From: Alphaproteobacteria bacterium
GTDB lineage: Bacteria; Pseudomonadota; Alphaproteobacteria; Rs-D84
Direction: 5' to 3'
Assembly (NCBI GenBank): GCA_017475605.1
Contig: JAFVFD010000005.1
Coordinates: 150,001 to 182,000, forward strand
DNA length: 32,000 nt
Below, piece by piece: positions 1 to 8,681 of this stretch; positions within the stretch are counted from its first letter, which is position 1, and every line of letters starts with the position of its first letter. The notes under the pieces were generated by a model. The model was given only the letters and a program-made list of their open reading frames with translations. It had not been told where the DNA came from and did not search any database. The position numbers were made by a program, and so were the translations under genes.

Positions 1-126
1 GATGCATCCACGTGGTGCGCTTTCATTACTTTCGTCCGCAACAGCAATCAACCTTGCGCGCGCATCAAAACATTCTTGTTTCAAAGCATCCAATTTTCTT
101 TTGTTTTCTATAATTTTTCGAAACAT
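1..126 (-). CDS. 5' end of an unidentified CDS running off the left edge (visible: MFRKIIENKRKLDALKQECFDARARLIAVADESNESAPRGCI...)
   Basis: ATG at 126-124. AGAGG (complement of 132-136) lies 5 nt upstream. The start is 15 nt downstream of the lepA stop. The frame is open to the window edge. It is absent from the ORF track because it is truncated. Confidence 0.4.
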   Translation of the reverse strand, partial: MFRKIIENKRKLDALKQECFDARARLIAVADESNESAPRGCI

Positions 127-141
127 TATTACCTCTTTTGA

Positions 142-1932
142 TTAAGATACTTTTAACGCATTGATAAACGCACTTTGTGGTATTTCCACATTACCAAATG
201 TGCGCATACGCTTTTTCCCCTCCTTCTGCTTCTCCAATAATTTTCTTTTACGCGTGATATCACCCCCATAGCATTTTGCAGTAACATCCTTGCGATACGC
301 GGCAATAGTTTCACGCGCAATAATCTTGCCACCGATTGCGGCCTGAATAGGAATCTTGAACTGATGCCGCGGAATAAGATCTTTTAATTTTTCAACAATT
401 TGACGACCACGTTTTTCTGCGAATGACCGATGACAAATAAACGACAATGGTTCCACATTTTCATCATTAACTAAAATAGAAACCTTGACCAAATCGGCCG
501 GCTGATATCCATACACCGCATAATCAAACGACGCATAACCCGACGATATAGATTTCACCCTATCATAAAAATCGAACACTATTTCAGACAATGGCAATTG
601 ATATACCAACACCGCGCGATTTCCAACATACGAAATATTTTCCTGGACACCGCGCCGTTCGGTACACAACGACATAATGCCACCCATATATTTATCGGGC
701 ATCATAATAGTCGCACGCACCCATGGTTCTTCAATTGATTCGATGCGGGTAACATCTGGCATATCGGCGGGATTTTCCAAATCCATATCTTCGCCACCGC
801 GCAAATGAATCTTGTACAGCACACTTGGCACCGTATTAATAAGATTCAAATTAAATTCGCGGGCCAGACGTTCACTTATAATTTCCATGTGCAGCAACCC
901 CAGGAACCCACACCGTAACCCAAACCCCAGCGCAGATGATTTTTCTGTTGTGAACATAAATGATGCATCGTTCAATGCCAACTTTTCCGCACTTTCGCGT
1001 AATGCCGGGTAATCATCGGCCGCCACCGGAAAGAACGAAGAAAACACCACAGGTACAGACGGCTTGAACCCCGGCAACGCATCAACCACATGTTTTGCGT
1101 CGCAAATTGTGTCCCCAACCCGACAATCATGAATTGTTTTCATACCGGTAATAATAAATCCTATTTCCCCGGTGTTTAACGAATCGGCATATTCCATTTT
1201 TGGTGTAAAGAAACCGATTTTATCAATCACATATTCGGCACCTGTTGCGATAAAGCGAATCTTTTGTCCGCGCGACAATTTCCCATCAACCACACGCACC
1301 AAAATCACAACCCCAAGGTATGAATCATACCACGAATCCACCAACAGCGCGCGCGTCGGTGCATTTTCATCGCCATGTGGCGCGGGCAATTTATGGACAA
1401 TTTCTTCTAATAATTCGGGTACCCCCGCCCCTGTTTTTCCGGACACCGCCAACGCATCATTTGCATCCAAACCAATAACATCTGAAATCTGTTCGCGGGT
1501 GCCACTAACATCACTTGACGGTAAATCAATTTTATTCAACACCGGCAACATTTCCAAATCATTGTCCAATGCCAAATAGGCATTTGCCAACGTCTGTGCC
1601 TGGACACCCTGGGTTGCATCAACCAAAACCAATGCCCCTTCGCATGCGGCCAGACTGCGCGACACCTCGTAAGAAAAGTCCACATGTCCCGGTGTATCCA
1701 TCAAATTCAATTGGTATTCTTCGCCATTTTTTGCGCGATAATTAAGTCGTACTGTTTGTGCCTTAATCGTAATACCGCGTTCGCGTTCAATGTCCATAGA
1801 ATCAAGAACCTGGGCCTTCATTTCACGATGTTCCAACCCACCTGTAATTTCAATCAACCGGTCCGACAATGTCGATTTACCATGATCGATATGCGCAACA
1901 ATAGAAAAATTTCTTATATGATCTTGCTTCAT
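142..1932 (-). CDS. lepA: Translation elongation factor 4 (LepA), GTPase
   Basis: [18 protein letters not shown] and NKIDL GTPase motifs, full-length EF4 architecture and about 596 aa. The track start at 1944 is a GTG. The ATG at 1932 ([11 protein letters not shown]) is preferred. Confidence 0.95.
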   Translation of the reverse strand: MKQDHIRNFSIVAHIDHGKSTLSDRLIEITGGLEHREMKAQVLDSMDIERERGITIKAQTVRLNYRAKNGEEYQLNLMDTPGHVDFSYEVSRSLAACEGALVLVDATQGVQAQTLANAYLALDNDLEMLPVLNKIDLPSSDVSGTREQISDVIGLDANDALAVSGKTGAGVPELLEEIVHKLPAPHGDENAPTRALLVDSWYDSYLGVVILVRVVDGKLSRGQKIRFIATGAEYVIDKIGFFTPKMEYADSLNTGEIGFIITGMKTIHDCRVGDTICDAKHVVDALPGFKPSVPVVFSSFFPVAADDYPALRESAEKLALNDASFMFTTEKSSALGFGLRCGFLGLLHMEIISERLAREFNLNLINTVPSVLYKIHLRGGEDMDLENPADMPDVTRIESIEEPWVRATIMMPDKYMGGIMSLCTERRGVQENISYVGNRAVLVYQLPLSEIVFDFYDRVKSISSGYASFDYAVYGYQPADLVKVSILVNDENVEPLSFICHRSFAEKRGRQIVEKLKDLIPRHQFKIPIQAAIGGKIIARETIAAYRKDVTAKCYGGDITRKRKLLEKQKEGKKRMRTFGNVEIPQSAFINALKVS

Positions 1933-2006
1933 TACCTTTCCCACTAACGCTATCCACTCTATGCGGCAATGATAAACCCGTATATACGATTCGGCAAGGG
2001 GTATTT

Positions 2007-2360
2007 TTAATCTTTCAAATTATTCAGCAAATCGTCGATACGTGCTGCACGTTCCAGTGTATCATCATATTCAAATTTAATTTCTGGTACATATTTTTGG
2101 TTCATACGCGCCGCCAATTCGAACCGAATTGTTTTGGTCGTATCGTCTAATTTTTTCTGCACCGCCGCGATATCTGTATTCCGGGAATAGAAAAACAACT
2201 TCACGAATTGCAGTCCACCATGCGACACCGCCCCAACCAGCGACACCCCCGACAACAACGCATCGTCGGCATAGTTATCACGTAATATTTCCGCGACCAA
2301 CGTTTGCACCTTGGATGCTATACGATCCCCACGATTTGAATTTTGTTGTCTTTTTTGCAT
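2007..2360 (-). CDS. rbfA: Ribosome-binding factor A
   Basis: 117 aa. The pattern R..RIA..VQ..VAEIL...VS...V.VS..L..VK.FF ... [11 protein letters not shown] matches the RbfA family layout. Confidence 0.8.
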   Translation of the reverse strand: MQKRQQNSNRGDRIASKVQTLVAEILRDNYADDALLSGVSLVGAVSHGGLQFVKLFFYSRNTDIAAVQKKLDDTTKTIRFELAARMNQKYVPEIKFEYDDTLERAARIDDLLNNLKD

Positions 2361-2380
2361 TTTCGCCCCATTTATTACAC

Positions 2381-2409
2381 TTGTAAAATATCAAATATTT
2401 CTTTACAAT
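2381..2409 (+). promoter_or_regulatory. Candidate sigma70-type promoter for the dedA/yqaA-like gene (TTGTAA-17 nt-TACAAT)
   Basis: TTGTAA at 2381-2386, a 17 nt spacer, and TACAAT at 2404-2409. An AGGAAA RBS precedes the ATG at 2444. Confidence 0.4.
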
Positions 2410-2443
2410 CAAGCAAAGATTATCACTCAGCAGGAAACAACCC

Positions 2444-3016
2444 ATGAAATGTTCAGAATGTATATTATCCCAGGCGGAAAAACCATACTACACCGCGATA
2501 GTATTTTTAATGACGGTGTGTGAATCTATATTTTTGTTTGTTCCACCCGAAGTATTCATGACCCCCGCAATAATTGCGAACCGCAAACGCGCGGTCCCTA
2601 TTACATTGGCGGCGACATTGGGGTCTATTGTCGGTGGCATAATATCATATATGATTGGTTTATGGGTATTTGATTCTGTGGGCTTGTGGCTTATCAACAA
2701 CTTTGCCTCTATGGACAAGTTTTATTTGGCCCAACAGATGTTTATAAAGCATGGTATATTTTTGATTGTCCTTACTGCGTTTACCCCGATACCATATAAA
2801 TTGATGTGTATAACTGCGGGCTTTATCGGCTTTCCATTTTGGTTAATGATTGGTGTATCTGCGATATTCAGAACGGGCCGCTTTGCAATTGTTGGCTTTC
2901 TGCTGTGGCGTTTTCAGGGAATGGCAAACAAAATTGTGAACAAATATTTTTGGCCACTTACAATTGGTGCGATAATTGTTGCCGGCCTGGGCATTGGTTT
3001 AATGTGCCTTATTTAA
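2444..3016 (+). CDS. DedA/YqaA (SNARE-associated) family inner-membrane protein
   Basis: 190 aa and multi-pass hydrophobic. It carries family-like motifs: E..F.FVPPE, G..VGG...Y.IG, and TPIPYK....AG. Confidence 0.65.
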   Translation: MKCSECILSQAEKPYYTAIVFLMTVCESIFLFVPPEVFMTPAIIANRKRAVPITLAATLGSIVGGIISYMIGLWVFDSVGLWLINNFASMDKFYLAQQMFIKHGIFLIVLTAFTPIPYKLMCITAGFIGFPFWLMIGVSAIFRTGRFAIVGFLLWRFQGMANKIVNKYFWPLTIGAIIVAGLGIGLMCLI

Positions 3017-3025
3017 AAACAAAAT

Positions 3026-3056
3026 AAAAGGACCGGTCATTCGACCGGTCCTTTTT
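3026..3056. terminator. Bidirectional intrinsic terminator between convergent genes
   Basis: Perfect 9 bp stem GGACCGGTC/GACCGGTCC (3030-3038 and 3043-3051) with a 4 nt loop. An A-run flanks it on the left and TTTTT on the right. Confidence 0.8.
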
Positions 3057-3082
3057 CAACACACCTCAAAGAAAGAACATTC

Positions 3083-4801
3083 TTATTCAACCCAAATTGA
3101 TGCTAATGTCGTTGAATTTTCACTTCCTGATGGAATCTTGTTTTGAGCATTCGCTAATGCGGTTGTAAGCCCACTAATCTTGCTCTGTGCGATTGCCGCA
3201 GATGTACTGATATCCGCATCCACAATTGTACCATTGGCAATCTTGGCACTTGTTACCGCACTATCTGCAATTTTTGCGGTCGTAACATTAGCATCTGTTA
3301 TCTTTGCTGTTGTTACCGCACCATCTGTAATCATACCTGTTGCAATTGTGCCGGTTGTAACGTTACCACTGGAATTTGTTATAACCGCTTTGTTCGCAGC
3401 ACTAGATCCCTGGGCTATTGTAACTTTTTTCGCAACCTCGGTATCAGTGTATGATTTTGCCTGAGTCAGTGCACTTGCCGCCGCAGTAGCAGCAGATGCA
3501 CCTGCAGCCCCCGCCGCTATTTCTTCCGCCGCATATACAGATGCCGCTGTTGCTTTCTTCGTATCTTCGCTTACTGTATCGTCATATGTCGCTGCAAGAT
3601 TCTGTAACGCCGTATCGGCTTTACCCAACGATGTCTGGACCGCACTTGCCAATTTAGCTTTCGCAATTGTGCCGTCCGCGATATCCGCATTCACAATAGT
3701 GCCGTCGGCAATCTTGGCGCTTGTTACCGCACTGCCGGCAATTTTTGCAGTCGTAACATTACCATCTGTTATCTTTGCCGTCGTAACCGCACCATCTGTA
3801 ATCATACCAGTCGCAATTGTGCCGGTTGTAACGTTACCACTGGAATTTGTTATAACCGCTTTGCTCGCAGCACTAGATCCCTGGGCCGTCGCAACTGCAC
3901 CAACATCCGATGCCCCCAAAGAGATATTACTTGACAATGCTTTGCCATTAACAGTTCTACTGGTTGGAACATAACTGCCAGATGCCTGTTTCCCATCTAA
4001 TGCCTTTTCCAATTTACCCAATGCCGCATTAACTGTATCGGTCGCCTCAATCGCTGCTGCTGTTTCTGCCTTGGCATAGCCTGTAACGGCTACATCTGCA
4101 CCAGACAATGTTATATCACCGCTTAATGCCTTGCTGTTAACTGTACGCGATGTGGGTACCGCACCAACATCCGATGCCCCCAAAGAGATATTACTGGATA
4201 AAGCTTTTCCATTAACAGTTCTACTGGTTGGAACATAACTGCCAGATGCTTGTTTCCCATCTAATGCCTTTTCCAATTTACCCAACGCTGCATTAACAGT
4301 ATCGGTCGCCGCAATCGCACTGGTTGCATTTGGCTTGGTATATCCAGTTGCCGCAATATCTGCACCTGACAATGTTATATTACCAGACAATGCCTTGCTG
4401 TTAACTGTACGCGATGTCGGGACATAACTGCCTGCGACTTGAAACTCACTGGCATCATGACTTACGATATCTCCATATTCCGCGATTGTATCCGCTGCGC
4501 CCTTACCGGCGGTTGCATTTGAACGAATTGTTGCCAAATCGGAAATCGTTGCCTGCTTGCCCGCCAAAGCACTGTTCACAACCTTGTTTTGAACCGCGTT
4601 AGTACTGCTACTGCTTAATGCGCTATCAACTGTTGGACCGCTAATCTGAACCTTGCCGGCATTGGTACCATTTGTCGGAACAGTAACACTAACACCATTC
4701 GCCCCCACGATATTCGTTTGGGTAACGACCTTTGCGTGTACTGTCGGCACTGCCAACATCGCTATAAATGAAACTGCAAAAATCCTATTTAGTCTTGTCA
4801 T
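3083..4801 (-). CDS. Secreted tail-fibre-like repetitive protein, paralog 6 (572 aa)
   Basis: GGAAAG RBS. Signal peptide MTRLNRIFAVSFIAMLAVPTVHA|K. Motifs include STNAVQNKVVNSALAGKQ, repeated YVPTSRTVNGKALSSNISLGASDVGAV units, and two blocks of decapeptide repeats (ITDGAVTTAK, ITDGNVTTAK and so on). It ends IPSGSENSTTLASIWVE. Confidence 0.85.
   Translation of the reverse strand: MTRLNRIFAVSFIAMLAVPTVHAKVVTQTNIVGANGVSVTVPTNGTNAGKVQISGPTVDSALSSSSTNAVQNKVVNSALAGKQATISDLATIRSNATAGKGAADTIAEYGDIVSHDASEFQVAGSYVPTSRTVNSKALSGNITLSGADIAATGYTKPNATSAIAATDTVNAALGKLEKALDGKQASGSYVPTSRTVNGKALSSNISLGASDVGAVPTSRTVNSKALSGDITLSGADVAVTGYAKAETAAAIEATDTVNAALGKLEKALDGKQASGSYVPTSRTVNGKALSSNISLGASDVGAVATAQGSSAASKAVITNSSGNVTTGTIATGMITDGAVTTAKITDGNVTTAKIAGSAVTSAKIADGTIVNADIADGTIAKAKLASAVQTSLGKADTALQNLAATYDDTVSEDTKKATAASVYAAEEIAAGAAGASAATAAASALTQAKSYTDTEVAKKVTIAQGSSAANKAVITNSSGNVTTGTIATGMITDGAVTTAKITDANVTTAKIADSAVTSAKIANGTIVDADISTSAAIAQSKISGLTTALANAQNKIPSGSENSTTLASIWVE
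3209..3886. repeat. Pair of 207-nt near-identical direct repeats (3209-3415 and 3680-3886) inside paralog 6
   Basis: Base-by-base comparison shows only scattered mismatches. The offset is 471 nt (157 codons, in frame). Each copy encodes AVITNSSGNVTTGTIATGMITDGAVTTAKITD.NVTTAKIA.SAVTSAKIA.GTIV.ADI. Confidence 0.9.
3897..4424. repeat. Tandem duplication, 2 x 264 nt (88 codons), inside paralog 6
   Basis: GCACCAACATCCGATGCCCCCAAAGAGATATTAC... recurs at 3897 and 4161. The unit encodes PTSRTVNSKALSG.ITLSGAD...TDTVNAALGKLEKALDGKQASGSYVPTSRTVNGKALSSNISLGASDVGAV. Confidence 0.9.
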
Positions 4802-4874
4802 TTTCGTCTTTCCGTTCTTATTGTCGTGTTTTCACGATTTTGTTATTCCCTTTTGCAATTCTGTTTTTATTGAC

Positions 4875-6707
4875 TTAACGGCCAATATCTTCCCAATAAT
4901 ATGTTGTCGCATTGTCTGCCACCTTGGCGGTAAGGACATATACCCCTTCGGTGCTTGGTGTGGCGGGTATTGCCGGCAATGAATTCTGCTTGGTCGCCAA
5001 CGCATCGGTAATGGCCTTTTGTGTCATGGTGCCATCCGTCCCGGTCCCTGTTGTTGTCTGCAATTTCATAACACCCTTGGTTGATGCGCCTGCATTTGCG
5101 ACACTGATTGTGCCTTCGGAAACACTGATGTTTGTTCCAACCTGAACAACACCCTTGGCCGATGTTGTTGCATTTGTCCCAGCCACCGTAATTGCACCAT
5201 TGGATGCGCTTGCGCTAACACCATTACTGCCCGATGCCGTAACGCTATTTTTCGCATTTGCGGCCGCAGTGGCTGCATCATCGGCTTTCTTTTCCAACTT
5301 ACCCAACGCGGTGTTCAATGTATCGGCCGTGGTCAGGTCTGCATTTGTCGTGGCCTTTGTATACCCCGTAATTGCGCCCATTTTGTTCGTAGTTATAGCG
5401 GCCGATGAACTGACCTTAGCATTTGTGATTGCATTACTTGCAATGTCGCCCGCTGCGATTGTTCCACGAACAACAGACACGGTCCCATCCGTTGCGGTTA
5501 TTGTTTTAACGACCCCGCTGGCACTGGCATTGTTTGACGTAATGGTTACATTTCCCCCATCCGCAGAACTCAACTTAACCTGTTTAGCATCGGCCGCATC
5601 TTTTGCTGCCTTGGTCGCGGTATCCAATTTTGCCAGGTTGCTGGCCACATTGTTACCGATTTCAATATAATTTCCTGCTGTTTTAACTTCAGAATCTGCT
5701 GATTTTTGGAATGTTGCAGCATTTTGTCTAACCACAGTTCCTGCGGCAACATTAGCAATATCATACGCGATACCAACCGTTACCAAATTATTTTCGTTTG
5801 CCGGTGTATCGTCTTCGGTTGTCGCTATATTAGCTAACTTTGCATTGGTAATTGTCGCATCTTTGATATCGCCATTTTCAATTGTTCCATCTGTGATATC
5901 TGCGGATGCAACCGCGCTTTTTGTTGCCAACGACCCCAGGCCCGAAACCTTGCTGGATGCGATAGTGGACGAAACCTCTACGGCGCCACTGGTTGCGTTG
6001 GTTGTCAATATACCTCCCTTGGTCGTTTGCGTTGATGCAACTGCACCAACATCGGATGCCGCCAATGTTACATCACTGCTTAATGCTTTGCCGTTAACTT
6101 TACGCGATGTCGGAACTGCACCAACATCAGATGCAGTCAGCGAAATATCCGCGCTTAATGCCTTGTTGTTAACTTTACGTGATGTCGGAACATAATCGCC
6201 TGCTGCACCACTGACCGCCGCACTTGCCGCTTCACTGGCAATCTTTGCTGCGGTTTTCATTGATGGATACGTTGTCGTACTGGTTTTATCGTATGTCGTC
6301 CCAGATTCCGCCGTTACCATATTCCCAGTTGTCTGTTTCGCCGCCAATGCAGTGTCCAGCCCAGAAATTTTCGCGGTTGTCAATGTTGGGATATCAGATG
6401 CCGCCAGGGTCGTACTGCCCGTTACCAAACCTTTGGCATCGTATGTAATCTTGGTCCCGGTTCCAGCCGTTATCGCGGCATTTGCTACGACAGCTTTGTT
6501 CGCGGTGGTTTGGGCTTCTGCGGCCGCAGTTGCTGCATCTGTCCCGGCTTTTTTCGCATCGGCAATAGCCATTTCAACGGTTTTATCTTTGTCATACACG
6601 CCCGCCGTTTTAGATAACATTGTTTCCGAAACGATAACCGCGTTTGCGCCGGTTACTGCCGTAATCGCAAGTATTGAAACTGTTAAAACTTTATTAAATG
6701 TTTTCAT
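4875..6707 (-). CDS. Secreted tail-fibre-like repetitive protein, paralog 5 (610 aa)
   Basis: Signal peptide MKTFNKVLTVSILAITAVTGANA|V. Motifs include KITYDAKGLVTGSTTLAASDIPTLTTAKISGL, YVPTSRKVNNKALSADISLTASDVGAV x2, decapeptide repeats and DTLNTALGKLEK. The C-terminus is IPATPSTEGVYVLTAKVADNATTYYWEDIGR. Confidence 0.85.
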   Translation of the reverse strand: MKTFNKVLTVSILAITAVTGANAVIVSETMLSKTAGVYDKDKTVEMAIADAKKAGTDAATAAAEAQTTANKAVVANAAITAGTGTKITYDAKGLVTGSTTLAASDIPTLTTAKISGLDTALAAKQTTGNMVTAESGTTYDKTSTTTYPSMKTAAKIASEAASAAVSGAAGDYVPTSRKVNNKALSADISLTASDVGAVPTSRKVNGKALSSDVTLAASDVGAVASTQTTKGGILTTNATSGAVEVSSTIASSKVSGLGSLATKSAVASADITDGTIENGDIKDATITNAKLANIATTEDDTPANENNLVTVGIAYDIANVAAGTVVRQNAATFQKSADSEVKTAGNYIEIGNNVASNLAKLDTATKAAKDAADAKQVKLSSADGGNVTITSNNASASGVVKTITATDGTVSVVRGTIAAGDIASNAITNAKVSSSAAITTNKMGAITGYTKATTNADLTTADTLNTALGKLEKKADDAATAAANAKNSVTASGSNGVSASASNGAITVAGTNATTSAKGVVQVGTNISVSEGTISVANAGASTKGVMKLQTTTGTGTDGTMTQKAITDALATKQNSLPAIPATPSTEGVYVLTAKVADNATTYYWEDIGR

Positions 6708-6752
6708 TGTGTCCGCCCTTGTCTTTTATTGTTGTCTTTTTTGTGTCCGTTT

Positions 6753-8681
6753 TTACCGTCCGATTACTTCCCATGTATAGCCAGTATTATCATACGTCAG
6801 CACGCATTTATTGGTTGCATCTGAACAGTTAGTTCCTGGTTTTGGAATTGCAGTACCTGATACGGTAACTGTAACAGCCCCACCAGTTGTGGAAATATCA
6901 CTCAAAATATTACCCGTACCAGATTTAGTTACACTCTGAATTGCGCTGTCTGCTTTGGCACCCTGGGCCGATGTTGCGTATGCTGTCGATGCAGTATATG
7001 CCGCGCTGCCCAAACCTTTGACCGCGACCGCTTCGCCCTTGACTGAAATTGTACCATTTGCCATTGTGGACGTTCCGGTTGTGATATCTGCTTTCTGTAA
7101 TGCGCTGTCCGCCTTGCCACCCTGGGCCGCTGTTGCGTATGCAGAACTTTCCGTATATGCCGCTGATTTCAAACCTTTGACCGAAACATCGGTACCTTCA
7201 ACCGCGATTGTACCGTTTGCCGTACCGGTTGTGATATCCGCTTTCTGTAATGCGCTGTCGCCGGCACCCAATTTTGCAACAACCGCATCCGCCAAATCAG
7301 ATTCTGTTACCTTGGCCTTGGTCATAGTGATTGCTGTGCCATTTTTAGCGACATTCGTAACAACACCTGCGTCGGTATTCGCCGTTACAGACTGTAATGC
7401 GGTGTCCGCCTTGCCACCCTGGGCCGATGTTGCGTATGCTGTCGATGCAGTATATGCCGCACTGCCCAAACCTTTGACTGCGACCGCTTCGCCCTTGACT
7501 GAAATAGTACCATTTGCCATTGTGGACGTTCCGGTTGTGATATCTGATGCCTGTAATGCGGTGTCCGCCTTGCCACCCTGGGCCGATGTTGCGAAATCCG
7601 ATGCGTCATGCGTTACGACATCGCCGTATGTTGCGATTGTATCCGCTGCGCCCTTACCGGCCGCTGCGTTTGAACGAATTGTTGCCAAATCGGAAATCGC
7701 ACCTTGCTTGGCATTCCATGTGCTTTTTTCCGTATCAGACACAAACTGTGCGGTTGCAGATGTTGCAATCAAACCCGCCGACAATTTGTTCTGATCTGTA
7801 ATCTTGTCTTGTTTACCGGATTCCAACGTATCAATATCAGATGCGTTTGTTGCGATATTGGTTTTATTAGTGTTAATTTGTGTTACCAATGCCGATGTAA
7901 TACCGGAATTATACGCGGCGGAATCTTCTATTGTTTTTACACGACCCGCCAACGCTGTATCATCGTATGTTGCAGCAGATTGTGCCTCGTTAATCATCTC
8001 AACGACCGTTTTACCGTCCGTAACATTACCGATTTTATTGTTAATTGCTGTATCTGCGGCCTCGCGTGCAGATTTTTCTGTTGCGATTGCGGTTGCGTTT
8101 GTTGCCGCCGCAGATTTAGCCTCGTTTGCGGTCCCCTGGGCTGCATCGGCTGCATCTTTGGCATTTTTCGCCGCTGTATCCAATTTGCCAAGATTGCTTG
8201 CCACTTTGTTACCTATCTCAATATAATTTCCCGCCGTTGCAACATAGGAATCTGCTGATTGTTGAAAATCAGAACTTTGCTGTTGTAGTGCTATTCCTGC
8301 CGCTATATCTGCGATATCATACGCAACACCAACCGTTACCAAATTATTTCTATTTTCTGCAGAATTTGATTCATCTTCTGCGATTGTTGGTGTGCCGGTT
8401 AAATCACTGTATGCGCCGGTTGTTGCGACATTGGCCAGACCGCTTACATTTGCGGCCGGCAATTTATTAGTAGCTGTAATCGCGTCCTGTTTGGCGGACC
8501 AGGCGGTTTTTTGTTCCGCGGTTACGTGAATATCATTATTCGCCGCATGTGTATCAATTTTATTTTCGACGGGCGTAATCTTGCCATTGACATAGGTCGT
8601 GGATGCGATATCCGCATTTGCTGCACTAACCGCCATTATTGCCGCAATCAACACAGTCAAGATATTAGTTTTTGTTTTCAT
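6753..8681 (-). CDS. Secreted tail-fibre-like repetitive protein, paralog 4 (642 aa)
   Basis: The ATG at 8681 follows a GAGAG RBS; the track start at 8693 is a GTG. Signal peptide MKTKTNILTVLIAAIMAVSAANA|DIASTTYV. It contains VATTGAYSDLTGTPTI and four units of about 50 aa (ADITTGT...KGLGSAAYT.S.AYAT.AQGGKAD.ALQ). The C-terminus is IPKPGTNCSDATNKCVLTYDNTGYTWEVIGR. Confidence 0.85.
   Translation of the reverse strand: MKTKTNILTVLIAAIMAVSAANADIASTTYVNGKITPVENKIDTHAANNDIHVTAEQKTAWSAKQDAITATNKLPAANVSGLANVATTGAYSDLTGTPTIAEDESNSAENRNNLVTVGVAYDIADIAAGIALQQQSSDFQQSADSYVATAGNYIEIGNKVASNLGKLDTAAKNAKDAADAAQGTANEAKSAAATNATAIATEKSAREAADTAINNKIGNVTDGKTVVEMINEAQSAATYDDTALAGRVKTIEDSAAYNSGITSALVTQINTNKTNIATNASDIDTLESGKQDKITDQNKLSAGLIATSATAQFVSDTEKSTWNAKQGAISDLATIRSNAAAGKGAADTIATYGDVVTHDASDFATSAQGGKADTALQASDITTGTSTMANGTISVKGEAVAVKGLGSAAYTASTAYATSAQGGKADTALQSVTANTDAGVVTNVAKNGTAITMTKAKVTESDLADAVVAKLGAGDSALQKADITTGTANGTIAVEGTDVSVKGLKSAAYTESSAYATAAQGGKADSALQKADITTGTSTMANGTISVKGEAVAVKGLGSAAYTASTAYATSAQGAKADSAIQSVTKSGTGNILSDISTTGGAVTVTVSGTAIPKPGTNCSDATNKCVLTYDNTGYTWEVIGR
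6961..7593. repeat. Pair of 177-nt near-identical direct repeats (6961-7137 and 7417-7593) inside paralog 4
   Basis: CCCTGGGCCGATGTTGCGTATGCTGTCGATGCAGTATATGCCGC... recurs at an offset of 456 nt (152 codons, in frame) with few mismatches. Confidence 0.9.

Noticed and set aside
812-2386. Plus-strand ORFs overlapping lepA and rbfA (812-1012, 1172-1579, 1515-1745, 1684-1947 and 2129-2386)
   Set aside because: They are antisense to confidently identified conserved genes. They have no RBS and their translations are low complexity or unrecognisable.
3209-7593. Diversity-generating retroelement (template/variable repeat pairs)
   Set aside because: No reverse transcriptase or accessory gene is in the window. 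The mismatches between repeat copies involve all four bases rather than being adenine-specific. Both copies of each pair are in frame inside the same gene.
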